In this document: one piece after another, positions 9,738 to 19,591 of the stretch
How the letters are laid out: each line of letters opens with the position of its first letter
Numbering within the stretch: position 1 is the stretch's first letter
Source: Gammaproteobacteria bacterium
GTDB taxonomy: Bacteria > Pseudomonadota > Gammaproteobacteria > Eutrophobiales > Eutrophobiaceae
DNA length: 64,000 nt
Assembly: GCA_026710545.1 (NCBI GenBank)
Contig: JAPOQU010000011.1
Location: forward strand, 1,155 to 65,154
Reading direction: 5' to 3'
The notes under the pieces: model-generated
Told to the model about the DNA's origin: nothing
The model's input: only the letters and a program-made list of their open reading frames with translations
Databases searched by the model: none
Position numbers and translations under genes: made by a program

Positions 9738-12179
9738 ATGAAATTATTGAATTACCTGGTTACGGTTCCTGTAATCACCTTATTCTCAGCCGGTATGTTT
9801 CAACTTCAGGCACAGGAGTCTCAGCCTGCTGCAGATAACGTGCTTGAGGAAATTATTACGATTGGTACCCGGACCCGGGACCGCAGTGTTGAAGACAGCC
9901 TGGTCCCGGTGGATATCATTACCGCTGATGACCTGGTCAGGTCGCCCAATATTGCCGGAGAACTGGGTGGCCTGTTACAGGCTGCCGTTGCTTCTTTCAG
10001 CATGCCGCGCCAATCCAACTCCGGCCATACCGATATCGTCAGGTCGGCGCAATTAAGGGGTTTGAGTCCGGACCAGGTGCTGGTCCTGGTGAATGGGAAG
10101 CGGCGCCATGCCAATTCGGTCATCAGTACTGAATCGAAGGTAGGCAGGGGCAGTGCGGCAGTGGATTTCAATAATATCCCCACCAGTGCGATTGAGCGCA
10201 TCGAGGTATTACGGGATGGCGCAGCAGCCCAGTACGGTTCGGATGCCATTGCCGGAGTCATTAACATCGTCCTCAAGGATAATACCGAAGGGGGCAGTAT
10301 CTCGGTTTCGTATGGGGGCCATATCACTGATCTGAAACCGGTCGACAAGAATATCACCGACGGAGAAACGGTGACCGTCAGTGCAAACCACGGGTTTTCT
10401 TTTGCCAACGGCTTCCTTAACCTCAGTGCGGAATACCGTGACAGATCATCGACCAACCGGTCAAGTTTCGACCAGTTGCCGACCATTGGCTTTGCGGAAT
10501 TCATCGCGCCGATCCCTTCCAGCGGGACACCGGAAGCCGCCCCGAATGATGCCCTGGCAGGCATGCGGAACTACCGGGAAGGCGATGGTGAATCAAGTGA
10601 TATAAACCTGATGTATAACGCCGGGTTCGATTTGAGCTCAGGATTCGAGCTATACAGTTTCGGCAGTTACTCGGAGCGTGACGGAGAAGGCTACAATTTC
10701 TTTCGTTATCCGGTCAGCGCAAATAACGTAGCTTCAGTATATCCCAACGGGTTCATGCCGATAAGTGACGCAGACATCACTGACTTCTCCGTAGCCGGCG
10801 GTATCACCGGCGAGTTGTCCGGTGGCTGGCTGGTCGATGCGAGCGTAGTACACGGTTTCAACGAGTTCTCCGACGGTGTAAAGAACACCATCAACTCTTC
10901 GCTGGGCGAGGCGAGCCCGACCGAATTTTACCGGGGCGAGTATGAATATTCGCAGACTGTGCTGAATTTTGATGTTTCCAGGGGGATGGAACTCGGCGCC
11001 ATACCGGTAAATGCCGCTGCAGGCCTGGAGTTTCGATTTGAGGATTACAGCACAAAGGCAGGTGACCCGGAATCCTATATCGCAGGGAACGCCGTAGCCT
11101 GTGCGGTCTGTATCACCTTCGGTAACAGCGATACGGCCAAGATCGGCGCGCAGAGCGGTCCGGGATTGACGCCGGCTGATGAAGTCGATGATGACCGGTT
11201 TTCCTGGTCGGCCTATATCGACCTGGAGTTTGATATTACTGATGACCTGCTGTTCTCAGTGGCGGGCAGGTTTGAAGATTACGATGATTTCGGCGATACG
11301 GTTAACGGTAAGGCTGCAGCCCGGTATGAGCTGTTCCCGGGCTTTGCCGTGCGCGCAAGCGTCAGCACCGGGTTCAGGGCGCCTTCCCTCGCACAGGCTT
11401 TTTTTACCGGCACGACGACCAGTTACGGTACCGGCGGCGCGCTGGTAAGAACATTGAGCCTGCCCGTGACCCATCCGATTGCGCGGGAGAACGGGGCAGA
11501 GGCTCTTGATGCTGAAGAATCACTGAGTAAAAGCATCGGTTTTACCTGGTCCCATGAGAACGGTCTCAGTCTGACCTTTGATTACTTCGAAGTGGATATC
11601 GATGATCGGATTGCACTGTCCCAGAACATACCTGTAGGCGGTGTGCCCGGTGTTGGCGGAGTCCGGTTTTTTACCAATGTTGCAGATACGGAAACCACCG
11701 GATTTGACGTGGTTGCAGCCTACCGGCGCGAGGGCTGGAATCTCTCGGTTGCGTATAACAACACCGATACTGATATCGTCAATAATCCGAACCGGGTGAT
11801 TATGGGTATCGAAGAGCAGAACACCTATGAGACGGCAGCGCCGGAAGATAAGCTGATTCTCACCGGATCATGGTCCAACGAAACCATTTCCGCCCTGGTG
11901 AGAGCGACGCGTTTCGGCGAAACGGAACGGATATTTGATTTCGGCGGGGGTTTTGAGCCGCAGCAGGTCTATGGCGCCGAATGGTCTGTCGATGCCGATC
12001 TTGAATATGCAATTAATGATAACTGGCGTATTTCAGCAGGGGCAAACAACCTGCTTGATGAATACCCTGACTTATCGATATTCGACATCAGCTATTTCGG
12101 CAACCTGCCGTATGACGTTCTTTCGCCTATCGGCGTTAATGGCCGCTTTGTTTACGTGAGGACAAGTTTCAGTTACTAG
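9738..12179 (+). CDS. TonB-dependent outer-membrane receptor
   Basis: Signal peptide, a plug domain (LEEIITIGTR, RIEVLRDGAAAQYGSDAIAGVINIVLK), a long beta-barrel region and a terminal aromatic residue. Confidence 0.9.
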   Translation: MKLLNYLVTVPVITLFSAGMFQLQAQESQPAADNVLEEIITIGTRTRDRSVEDSLVPVDIITADDLVRSPNIAGELGGLLQAAVASFSMPRQSNSGHTDIVRSAQLRGLSPDQVLVLVNGKRRHANSVISTESKVGRGSAAVDFNNIPTSAIERIEVLRDGAAAQYGSDAIAGVINIVLKDNTEGGSISVSYGGHITDLKPVDKNITDGETVTVSANHGFSFANGFLNLSAEYRDRSSTNRSSFDQLPTIGFAEFIAPIPSSGTPEAAPNDALAGMRNYREGDGESSDINLMYNAGFDLSSGFELYSFGSYSERDGEGYNFFRYPVSANNVASVYPNGFMPISDADITDFSVAGGITGELSGGWLVDASVVHGFNEFSDGVKNTINSSLGEASPTEFYRGEYEYSQTVLNFDVSRGMELGAIPVNAAAGLEFRFEDYSTKAGDPESYIAGNAVACAVCITFGNSDTAKIGAQSGPGLTPADEVDDDRFSWSAYIDLEFDITDDLLFSVAGRFEDYDDFGDTVNGKAAARYELFPGFAVRASVSTGFRAPSLAQAFFTGTTTSYGTGGALVRTLSLPVTHPIARENGAEALDAEESLSKSIGFTWSHENGLSLTFDYFEVDIDDRIALSQNIPVGGVPGVGGVRFFTNVADTETTGFDVVAAYRREGWNLSVAYNNTDTDIVNNPNRVIMGIEEQNTYETAAPEDKLILTGSWSNETISALVRATRFGETERIFDFGGGFEPQQVYGAEWSVDADLEYAINDNWRISAGANNLLDEYPDLSIFDISYFGNLPYDVLSPIGVNGRFVYVRTSFSY

Positions 12180-12186
12180 CAAGATC

Positions 12187-13059
12187 ATGTCCGGCCTGGT
12201 AAGAGTGACCTTACTGCTGTTTCTTTTTCCAATAGCTGTTTGCGCCGCCGCGGACGATTTATCAAGCCCTGATTGTGAATTTTTCTACGCGGTATTCCCA
12301 AACAGGGATGCGGCCGGCATGGTCGAGGGAAAAGTGTTTGACGCGGTTTCCGGATTGAGCTGGGAACAGCGCAAAGCGCTGTCACGGACCGAGAGTAAAC
12401 GTCTTGAATCAATCCTGGCCATCAGCCCGGGCCTTGTCAACAGGATAAAGGTCGGGGATATACTGGTTACCCAGGGCGGCTACCAGGGCGTAACCGGCAT
12501 TTCCATCAATGCCCGCCTGGGCATGAGCGCGGATGCTACCGGTAAAGACATTATTTCCCTGGCATCGATGATCGGGTATATCTATTTTCAGGACAGTGTT
12601 CTTTTGTTGTGCCGTGTATCTGTTGCTAATGGTATAAAGCCTGCCGTCATACACACCGTCCTTGACGCCGGCAGTAAGGACTACTTGAACCCGGTATCTG
12701 CGCGGCTGCTGTTCGGCATGATGATGGGATACCTGAACAGGGTTGAATCTGTCGGCTATACCTATGAGCAGGCCAACGATATCTTGCGCGTGCTGGAATT
12801 TGATCGGGTGGACAAACCCAAGAAAAAGGCTTTGTCAAGCATTGCCGGGCATTTGGGTGACTTATCAGGCGGCAAGGTGAAACTTGATATACGGAGCGCC
12901 GAGGTATTTGCGTTTTCCACGGGAAACAAATGGAAGGAATTTCCACAGGGAGGTGACTATATCAGCCGTTTTCCCGGCGACGTGGATAAAGACCTGATAA
13001 AGGCGGAACAAATGGTATTTATCAGGGAATTGATGGTCGAACCGCGCCCGGGCGACTGA
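12187..13059 (+). CDS. hypothetical secreted protein
   Basis: N-terminal signal peptide (LLLFLFPIAVCAAA). I recognise no other motif. Confidence 0.5.
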   Translation: MSGLVRVTLLLFLFPIAVCAAADDLSSPDCEFFYAVFPNRDAAGMVEGKVFDAVSGLSWEQRKALSRTESKRLESILAISPGLVNRIKVGDILVTQGGYQGVTGISINARLGMSADATGKDIISLASMIGYIYFQDSVLLLCRVSVANGIKPAVIHTVLDAGSKDYLNPVSARLLFGMMMGYLNRVESVGYTYEQANDILRVLEFDRVDKPKKKALSSIAGHLGDLSGGKVKLDIRSAEVFAFSTGNKWKEFPQGGDYISRFPGDVDKDLIKAEQMVFIRELMVEPRPGD

Positions 13060-13248
13060 CCGGTTCCCTGGGAACTGGGCTAATCCGGGTTGATCCCCAT
13101 CGCTGCTGTAAACCCTTTTCCAGTTCATCTTTACTCCACTCGGGCAAAACACGTTGGCTCATGATTATCTCCGTGCACGATCATTCACACCAGTGGTTAT
13201 AATATGCTATTAATGGGAAAACAATAACTATCATTGAGGATCATTCCA

Positions 13249-14925
13249 ATGCTATCAGACATAGAGATTGCCCAGCGGGCAAGTAAAAAGCAAATTATTG
13301 ACCTGGCTGCCGAACAGTATGGTATCGGCGGCGAGCACCTGGAGCCTTACGGCCATTACAAGGCCAAGCTGTCGCTGGATTACATCGACAGTCTGCAGGA
13401 CAAGGCCGACGGCAAGCTGATCCTGACCACCGCCATCAGTCCCACGCCGGCGGGGGAGGGCAAGACCACGACCACGGTCGGCCTGGGCGACGCCATGAAC
13501 AGGATCGGCAAACAGACCCTGATCTGCCTGCGCGAACCGTCCCTCGGCCCCTGCTTCGGCGTCAAGGGCGGCGCTGCCGGTGGCGGCTACGCCCAGGTCG
13601 TGCCCATGGAAGACATCAACCTGCACTTTACCGGCGACTTTCACGCCATCGGCGCCGCGCACAACCTGCTCTCGGCCATGCTGGACAACCATATCAACCA
13701 CGGCAACCGCCTCAATCTTGACCCGCGCCTGATCGCCTGGAAACGGGTCGTGGACATGAACGACCGGGCTCTGCGCAAGATCGTTGTCTCCCTGGGCGGT
13801 ACTGCCAACGGTTTCCCGCGGGAAGACGGCTACGATATCACCGTTGCCTCTGAAGTCATGGCCATATTCTGTCTGGCGACATCTCTTGAAGACCTGAAGG
13901 AACGGCTTGGGCGCATCGTCATCGGCTATACCCGCGGCGACAGACAACCTGTGCACGCCCGCGACCTGAACGCCCACGGCGCCATGGCCGCATTGCTGAA
14001 GGACGCCATCAAGCCAAACCTGGTGCAGACCCTGGAGAACAACCTGGCCGTGGTACACGGCGGTCCGTTTGCCAACATCGCCCACGGCTGCAACAGCGTG
14101 ACCGCGACCAAAACCGCCCTGAAACTGGCGGACTACGTGATCACCGAGGCCGGCTTCGGCGCCGACCTGGGCGCGGAAAAGTTCATCGACATCAAGTGCC
14201 GCATGGCCGGACTGAACCCCGCTGCTGTGGTGCTGGTCGCCACCATCCGGGCCATGAAATACCATGGCGGCGTGAACAAGGAAGACCTGAATACGGAGAA
14301 CCTGGCGGCGCTGGACCAGGGTCTGGTCAACCTGGAGCGGCACCTGAACAATATCCAGCAACACTACGGCCTGCCCTGTATCGTGTCCATCAACCACTTC
14401 ACCAACGATACCGACGCCGAGATCAACATGCTGAAGAGCCGGGTTGAAACCCTGGGCGGCAAGGCAGTGGTCGCCCGGCACTGGGCTGCAGGCGGCGCCG
14501 GCGCCGAAGAACTGGCCCGCACCGTTGCAGATGTTGTTGATAACAGCCCCGGCAACCACAGTTACGTCTACGGGGATGATGCTTCCCTGTGGGAAAAAAT
14601 AGAGGCCGTCGCCACGAAGGTGTACGGGGCGGGCAGCGTCACCGCCAACAGCAAGGTCCGGGCGGAGATCGACAAGCTGAACCGGGATTACGGCAGCTTC
14701 CCCGTGTGCATGGCGAAGACCCAGATGTCCTTTTCCGCCGACCCCACCGTGCGCGGCGCGCCGCAGGGTCACAACGTGGAAGTCAGCGAAGTCCGGTTAT
14801 CAAACGGCGCAGGCTTCATCGTCGCCATCGCCGGCAACATGATGACCATGCCCGGCTTGCCGAAAGTTCCGGCAGCCGAGAAAATCGACGTGGACACCGA
14901 GGGCAACATCACCGGCCTGTTCTGA
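13249..14925 (+). CDS. fhs: formate--tetrahydrofolate ligase
   Basis: MLSDIEIAQ..., [15 protein letters not shown] and [10 protein letters not shown]. The start is taken at MLSDIEI. Confidence 0.95.
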   Translation: MLSDIEIAQRASKKQIIDLAAEQYGIGGEHLEPYGHYKAKLSLDYIDSLQDKADGKLILTTAISPTPAGEGKTTTTVGLGDAMNRIGKQTLICLREPSLGPCFGVKGGAAGGGYAQVVPMEDINLHFTGDFHAIGAAHNLLSAMLDNHINHGNRLNLDPRLIAWKRVVDMNDRALRKIVVSLGGTANGFPREDGYDITVASEVMAIFCLATSLEDLKERLGRIVIGYTRGDRQPVHARDLNAHGAMAALLKDAIKPNLVQTLENNLAVVHGGPFANIAHGCNSVTATKTALKLADYVITEAGFGADLGAEKFIDIKCRMAGLNPAAVVLVATIRAMKYHGGVNKEDLNTENLAALDQGLVNLERHLNNIQQHYGLPCIVSINHFTNDTDAEINMLKSRVETLGGKAVVARHWAAGGAGAEELARTVADVVDNSPGNHSYVYGDDASLWEKIEAVATKVYGAGSVTANSKVRAEIDKLNRDYGSFPVCMAKTQMSFSADPTVRGAPQGHNVEVSEVRLSNGAGFIVAIAGNMMTMPGLPKVPAAEKIDVDTEGNITGLF

Positions 14926-14936
14926 GCCGTTGCGTC

Positions 14937-14998
14937 GTTCCCGCGCAAGCGGGAACCCGGAATCGTCGTTCCCCTGCCCCTGCTTGCACAGGGGCAGG
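14937..14998. repeat. REP-like hairpin pair downstream of fhs
   Basis: The hairpins are GTTCCCGCGCAAGCGGGAAC (14937..14956) and CCTGCCCC-N10-GGGGCAGG (14973..14998). The CGCGCAAGCGGG core recurs near 53560 and 56480. Confidence 0.7.
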
Positions 14999-15012
14999 CT
15001 CTGGAAACTATC

Positions 15013-15261
15013 TTAACCACGGAGTTTTCCGGAGGCCGTGGCGTCTGCGATCATTTGATCTTTCTGTGTTGTGATATCTGATGTTTCCGACGCGCCGAGG
15101 TCGAATATGATGGAGCGGTCAACACTTCGAGGCATCTCCACCAGGTCCTGGTCTACCAGTCGGCGAATGTATTCGGCAAGCGAAACGCCAAGCGCTAACG
15201 CGCGGGCGCGCACCCGGGTGTGCAATTCTGAATCAAGAGATATTTGTGTACGTACCATCAT
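15013..15261 (-). CDS. ribbon-helix-helix (CopG-like) antitoxin, orphan
   Basis: N-terminus VRTQISLDSELHTRVRARALALGVSLAEYIRRLV is typical of RHH antitoxins. No toxin ORF follows; the REP hairpins occupy that position. Confidence 0.65.
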   Translation of the reverse strand: MMVRTQISLDSELHTRVRARALALGVSLAEYIRRLVDQDLVEMPRSVDRSIIFDLGASETSDITTQKDQMIADATASGKLRG

Positions 15262-15350
15262 AATGCATACATTATAATATCAAATTAATGGTGTATCAAT
15301 ACGCGACAACAAAGCTCATAAAGCGCTATCAAACATCTGCTTGTTATGAT

Positions 15351-15368
15351 ATGATGACATGTCATCAT
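15351..15368. promoter_or_regulatory. perfect 18-bp palindrome upstream of ORF 15388
   Basis: ATGATGACATGTCATCAT lies 20 bp upstream of the start codon. It is a candidate autoregulatory operator. Confidence 0.4.
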
Positions 15369-15387
15369 TTGTAAATTACTTTAATCA

Positions 15388-15804
15388 ATGATGAAACAAG
15401 AAAAAACGAGAGCTTTGCATGTTGATCCTGTTGCCATTCGCCGCGAACAAATGCGCCGGGCGAAACGGCGGCAGCGCGAGCGGGAGAAACAACGTGATCT
15501 CGTACTGTATCAATTGCGTTTACCACGCCAGCTTGCAGGAAAACTGAAGGCAGGTAACAGGCATGCCGATTTTTCTGCTGCACTCCAGGGATTTATCGAC
15601 TATCAGGTGATCTGCATCGACGATTATGAGAATTTGAAATTGCTGGCATGGAATCGTTCCGGACGGTACCTGACTCGTCCTGAAGCATTTCAGCTATACG
15701 AACGCAACTGGCGGTTCATTGACATGAATGGAATGAGTGCAGAGGAGAGCGAACTGATTGGAAAACTGACAAGAGAGTATGGTAATGGTGTCATCAATGC
15801 CTGA
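15388..15804 (+). CDS. hypothetical protein, possibly an antitoxin-like partner of a lost nucleotidyltransferase toxin
   Basis: 138-aa ORF with a basic N-terminus. Its stop overlaps the ATG of a 27-codon stub (15797..15880, MPEFKRPRHHQV...). Confidence 0.35.
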   Translation: MMKQEKTRALHVDPVAIRREQMRRAKRRQREREKQRDLVLYQLRLPRQLAGKLKAGNRHADFSAALQGFIDYQVICIDDYENLKLLAWNRSGRYLTRPEAFQLYERNWRFIDMNGMSAEESELIGKLTREYGNGVINA

Positions 15805-16045
15805 GTTCAAACGTCCCAGGCACCACCAGGTATGGAACGCGCAACAGATGCCTACGGCGAGGTTGTTGCCAAGTCATTAACCAAGGCTATCAGTAAACTG
15901 GGAGATGATTCCCGATACTTCCGGCATTGTATGCGTGAATTGACGATCTCAGATAGCAAACGCCTGCGTAGCGGACTCCGTGCATTATCACAGATGCCCA
16001 ATGGATAGTTTCTTTTTGGTCCCACATAATAGATAATCGGCGTAC

Positions 16046-16122
16046 GCGCCCGTAGCTCAGCTGGATAGAGTACCTGGCTACGAACCAGGCGGTCGGGAGT
16101 TCGAATCTCTCCGGGCGCGCCA
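16046..16122 (+). tRNA. tRNA-Arg (anticodon ACG)
   Basis: A manual cloverleaf fits: acceptor GCGCCCG/CGGGCGC, anticodon stem CCTGG/CCAGG with loop CTACGAA, T-arm GGGAG-TTCGAAT-CTCTC, and an encoded CCA. Confidence 0.95.
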
Positions 16123-16155
16123 TTTCCCAAGGGCTTCCAGCACGATTGCGATAAT

Positions 16156-16503
16156 ATGAATCACCTGAAAAAAATGAGAGTGGATCATATCGGGAGTCTG
16201 TTGCGCCCCCAATCCCTGATCGATGCATTTCTCGAATGTGGACGGGGTGAGATTGATTCCTCGGAGCTTGAAGGACTGCAGGATGATGCGATCCGGGAGG
16301 TTGTAAGAAAACAGGAAGCTGCCGGCGATTTGCTGAGAAGAATTGAGGATGCTCAACAGTACATAGACATCGACCAGTTAGCCATAAGCCCGCAATGCGG
16401 TTTTGCTTCCGGCATCGGCGGCAACCATCTCAGCGAGCAACAGCAATGGCAAAAACTCGAGTTGATGCTGGCGGTTGCCGGGAAGGTTTGGGGTTTATCT
16501 TGA
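16156..16503 (+). pseudogene. MetE-like (cobalamin-independent methionine synthase family) gene with a large in-frame internal deletion
   Basis: The 115-aa ORF joins a family-typical N-terminus (VDHIGSLLRP...DDAIREVVRKQEAAG) directly to a family-typical C-terminus (LAISPQCGFASG...WQKLELM). Roughly 250 aa of catalytic barrel are missing. Confidence 0.6.
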
Positions 16504-16529
16504 TGGTTAGTTGCGTCGTCCAGACCGGA

Positions 16530-17516
16530 TCAACTCGTTCCATAACGTAATCCCATTTCTTTCAGCCAGCGCCGGTACACGTTTGAAACCTTGTCGGCCG
16601 GTTGGTGTAACTCTGCATCGGGGTCCAGAGGCAAACACCTGGGCCGTTGTGATTCCAGTACTGCCTTGTCCTGGTAGAAGATCGTATCCTGAAATTCCCG
16701 GAAATTTTCTTCCGGGTCGCTATGGCCGTAGTTCATGGCAAGGACAAACCAGACGCGGATACGGGTTTCCTCCTTCGGTTGTATCGACATCATTATCAAG
16801 TCGGATGGTTTCTCGCCGGCCGCGCCGGGCTCCTTGGTGAGCATGACGGTCAACGGCCGCAGTACCCGGTAGGAATAGGCGACCTTGGTGCCTTCTTCGC
16901 TGGTCACATTGGCCCGGGGTTGATAAACGGTCGCATTGGTTACGCTGATTTCGCTGCCAATCACCTCGACATCGTAATCGTCCATTTCCGTATAAGGTTC
17001 CTCTCCCAGGTAACCGGTATGTACGAAGGGAAAATGGGACAGGTCCAGAAAATTCTCTACGGCCCTGGGGCCGCTGGTCTCGACGTCGTAGGGCCCGGTA
17101 ATGACCAGGTGATAATCCGCATCCAGGCCATGAAACAGTGGCACGTCGCCTGCCGGTTTACCAAGGCACACCCACACCAGGTCGTATTTCTCCCGCACAT
17201 GCAACCGGGTCGTCCTGGCCCTTTCCGACACAGGGTGGTCGGGATGGGCGGGCATCCTGATGCAGCGGCCGGCGGAATTAAAATGCCAGCCGTGGTAGGG
17301 ACAAACGACCGTGTCGCCATTTCTGATTTCACCCAAAGACAATTTTGAACCACGGTGAGGACAACGGTCCAGCCAGGCATGTAATTCACCGTGACTGCGC
17401 CAGATTAGAATGTCCCGTTCCAGCAATTGTGTTGCGTACTTTTCACCGTCCGCCAATTCCCTGGCATTCGCTACCACATGCCAGTCATTGAGCATAATTG
17501 TGTCGTTTGTCATCAT
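16530..17516 (-). CDS. Rieske [2Fe-2S] non-heme-iron oxygenase (VanA/PaO-like)
   Basis: Rieske motif CPHRGSKLSLG...CPYHGWHF, followed by a catalytic domain of about 200 aa. Confidence 0.8.
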   Translation of the reverse strand: MMTNDTIMLNDWHVVANARELADGEKYATQLLERDILIWRSHGELHAWLDRCPHRGSKLSLGEIRNGDTVVCPYHGWHFNSAGRCIRMPAHPDHPVSERARTTRLHVREKYDLVWVCLGKPAGDVPLFHGLDADYHLVITGPYDVETSGPRAVENFLDLSHFPFVHTGYLGEEPYTEMDDYDVEVIGSEISVTNATVYQPRANVTSEEGTKVAYSYRVLRPLTVMLTKEPGAAGEKPSDLIMMSIQPKEETRIRVWFVLAMNYGHSDPEENFREFQDTIFYQDKAVLESQRPRCLPLDPDAELHQPADKVSNVYRRWLKEMGLRYGTS

Positions 17517-17642
17517 CCGATATCACCCGTATGTAATCCGACCCCTGCATATACGCTACCATATAGGGATTCGTATCTGAAATTCACTTTGTGACCAACC
17601 TTGATAATGTTGATGGTGGGCTGCTGTATAGTCACAACATGG

Positions 17643-17682
17643 TGAACAAAGTTAGTCATTTATAATTGACTAAATTTGTTCA
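17643..17682. promoter_or_regulatory. 16-bp-arm inverted repeat upstream of the ATPase gene
   Basis: TGAACAAAGTTAGTCA-N8-TGACTAAATTTGTTCA (one mismatch), 19 bp upstream of the start at 17701. Confidence 0.4.
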
Positions 17683-17700
17683 TTATGGCAGGCTGGCCTT

Positions 17701-19104
17701 ATGGACCCAAGATTTCTGCCCCATAACAGCCACCTTGACAACCCTGCCGGGTTTGCTGAACAGGATCCTCAATTACGCCTGCTGCAGCGTCAGGTTTATC
17801 AATATCGCTCGGCACTGCTGGATGAATTAGCTGCCGCCTCACCGGGTATTTACACTTTAGGCGGAGGGCGGCAAATCGGCAAATCGACCCTGCTGAAACA
17901 GTGGATGAATGAATTGCTGGCACGGGGTGTCGCGCCCGGATCGATCAGTTTTTTTACCGGCGAACTTATCGATGACCATCACAGCCTCCTCGGGTTGATG
18001 CAGGCTCAACTGGGTGATTCGCACCCAGATTCCGTTAATTTTTTGATAATTGATGAAGTTACCTATATCCGGCAGTGGGATAAGGCAGTTAAATACGCTG
18101 CAGATGCGGGCTTGTTGGAGCATACCGTCATGGTGCTGACCGGTTCGGACCTGGGCTTGATCAGGGATGCGCGCATGCGCTTTCCCGGGCGGCGCGGCAG
18201 CGCGGAGGTGGTGGATTTCCACATGTATCCGCTTTCATTCAGGGAATGTTTGAACCTGAAAAACCCGGACATCAATGTTGATGATATCGTTTTTCAACCC
18301 GGGGAGGTTGAAGCAGGCACTATCGATGCAATTTACGGGGAGTTTGATCGATATTTATTGCATGGCGGATATTTGACAGCCATCAACGACCTGGCCGAAA
18401 ACGGGCTGATCAGTAAAACCACCTTGAATACATACTCCGACTGGATAAGAGGCGATGTGCTGAAACGCGGTAAACAGGAAAATTACCTGCGTGAAATCAT
18501 GGCAGCCATTATCAAACGCTATACTTCACAGGTCACCTGGAACGCCCTGGCGCGTGACCTGTCCATCGACCACCCCAAAACCGTGTCCGATTATATTGAT
18601 GTGCTGGTAAACATGGACGCCGTATTCGTGCAGTCCGCCCTGCTGGAAGACAAGCTGGTTGGCGCACCGAAAAAAGCCAGAAAACTGATGTTCTGCGACC
18701 CGTTTATATTCCATGCCGTACATGCCTGGGTCAAGCCCGTTGCCGATCCTTACAATGCGCAGGTATTGCCGCTCATCCAGGACCCGGAATGGACGTCAAG
18801 ACTGGTCGAGGCCGCCGTGATAACCCATCATCGCCGTTTTTTTCCCACTTACTACATCAAGGCCCGGGGTGAAGTCGATGTCGCCTGTATTAAAAAAGGG
18901 CAATGCTGTCCTGTCGAGGTCAAATGGACCAACCAGTTGCGGCCCAAGGATATCAAACAGATCAGTCAATATCCGCAGGGTGAAATCTGGACAAAAACCA
19001 GGTCCTGGGGGGAGATAAGTGAGGTTAAAACTTACCCTTTGCCGCTGAAACTGCTGCAGACCGGCGAGAATGACGAGTCCAGGGACCGACCCCGCGTCTA
19101 TTGA
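17701..19104 (+). CDS. AAA+ ATPase of the DUF4143/COG1373 type
   Basis: Walker A GGGRQIGKSTLL and Walker B FLIIDEV. The C-terminal part resembles a restriction-endonuclease-like fold (VDVACIKKGQCCPVEVKW). Confidence 0.7.
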   Translation: MDPRFLPHNSHLDNPAGFAEQDPQLRLLQRQVYQYRSALLDELAAASPGIYTLGGGRQIGKSTLLKQWMNELLARGVAPGSISFFTGELIDDHHSLLGLMQAQLGDSHPDSVNFLIIDEVTYIRQWDKAVKYAADAGLLEHTVMVLTGSDLGLIRDARMRFPGRRGSAEVVDFHMYPLSFRECLNLKNPDINVDDIVFQPGEVEAGTIDAIYGEFDRYLLHGGYLTAINDLAENGLISKTTLNTYSDWIRGDVLKRGKQENYLREIMAAIIKRYTSQVTWNALARDLSIDHPKTVSDYIDVLVNMDAVFVQSALLEDKLVGAPKKARKLMFCDPFIFHAVHAWVKPVADPYNAQVLPLIQDPEWTSRLVEAAVITHHRRFFPTYYIKARGEVDVACIKKGQCCPVEVKWTNQLRPKDIKQISQYPQGEIWTKTRSWGEISEVKTYPLPLKLLQTGENDESRDRPRVY

Positions 19105-19364
19105 TTTCTGTAAATATCTTTCCTGTGTCCGACCTTGATGACGTTGATCGTAAGTTGCAGCTTCCATACTGTATAAATGATTCTATATGCACCCTGACGC
19201 AGTCTGAATCTATCATTGCCGGTTAGCTTGCTGGCGCCAGGCGGGAAGGGCTCTGTTGCCAGGCTCTGAATCCGGCGAATTATTTGTTGCCGTATTTTCT
19301 TTTGGGGGATTGCTTCAAGTTCCTTTACTGCGGAAGGCTTGATAAGGATTTTATATTTTTCCAC
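19098..19364 (-). CDS. RelE/ParE-family toxin
   Basis: 88 aa with the pattern LIKPSAVKELEAIPQK...RFRLRQGAYRIIY...VIKVGHRKDIY. It overlaps the upstream antitoxin gene. Confidence 0.8.
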   Translation of the reverse strand: MEKYKILIKPSAVKELEAIPQKKIRQQIIRRIQSLATEPFPPGASKLTGNDRFRLRQGAYRIIYTVWKLQLTINVIKVGHRKDIYRNQ

Positions 19365-19584
19365 GACGTTTCAAATCCTTTACTACGTCTTCAAACACCA
19401 GGTTCGGCTCCTTGGCGCGATTTGATATGGCTTCCAGGTCTTCCGCATCTTCTGCAAGGCTTAACTGCACAGCTTCGTTCACCATGTCCGAGATGGAACG
19501 GTTTGTCTCAACTGACTTCAGGCGCAATGCATGGTGAAGCTCAGGGTATAAATAGATGGTTGCCCGTTTGGATTCTGTCTTCAT
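19351..19584 (-). CDS. RHH-type antitoxin partner of RelE/ParE
   Basis: KRATIYLYPELHHALRLKSVETNRSISDMVNEAV. The start is assigned to the second ATG because the first ATG lies inside the -10 box. Confidence 0.7.
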   Translation of the reverse strand: MKTESKRATIYLYPELHHALRLKSVETNRSISDMVNEAVQLSLAEDAEDLEAISNRAKEPNLVFEDVVKDLKRRGKI

Positions 19585-19591
19585 GTGAGAC

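Noticed and set aside
13027-13162. 46-codon minus-strand ORF (MSQRVLPEWSKDELEK...) with a GGAGA Shine-Dalgarno upstream of fhs
   Set aside because: It is short, overlaps the 3' end of the convergent gene 12187..13059, and has no recognisable family. The evidence is insufficient to call it a gene.
13255-14772. 505-aa ORF antisense to fhs
   Set aside because: It is a shadow ORF typical of GC-rich coding DNA. Its Gly/Ala/Val/Arg-rich translation has no motifs, while the sense strand encodes an unmistakable formate-tetrahydrofolate ligase.
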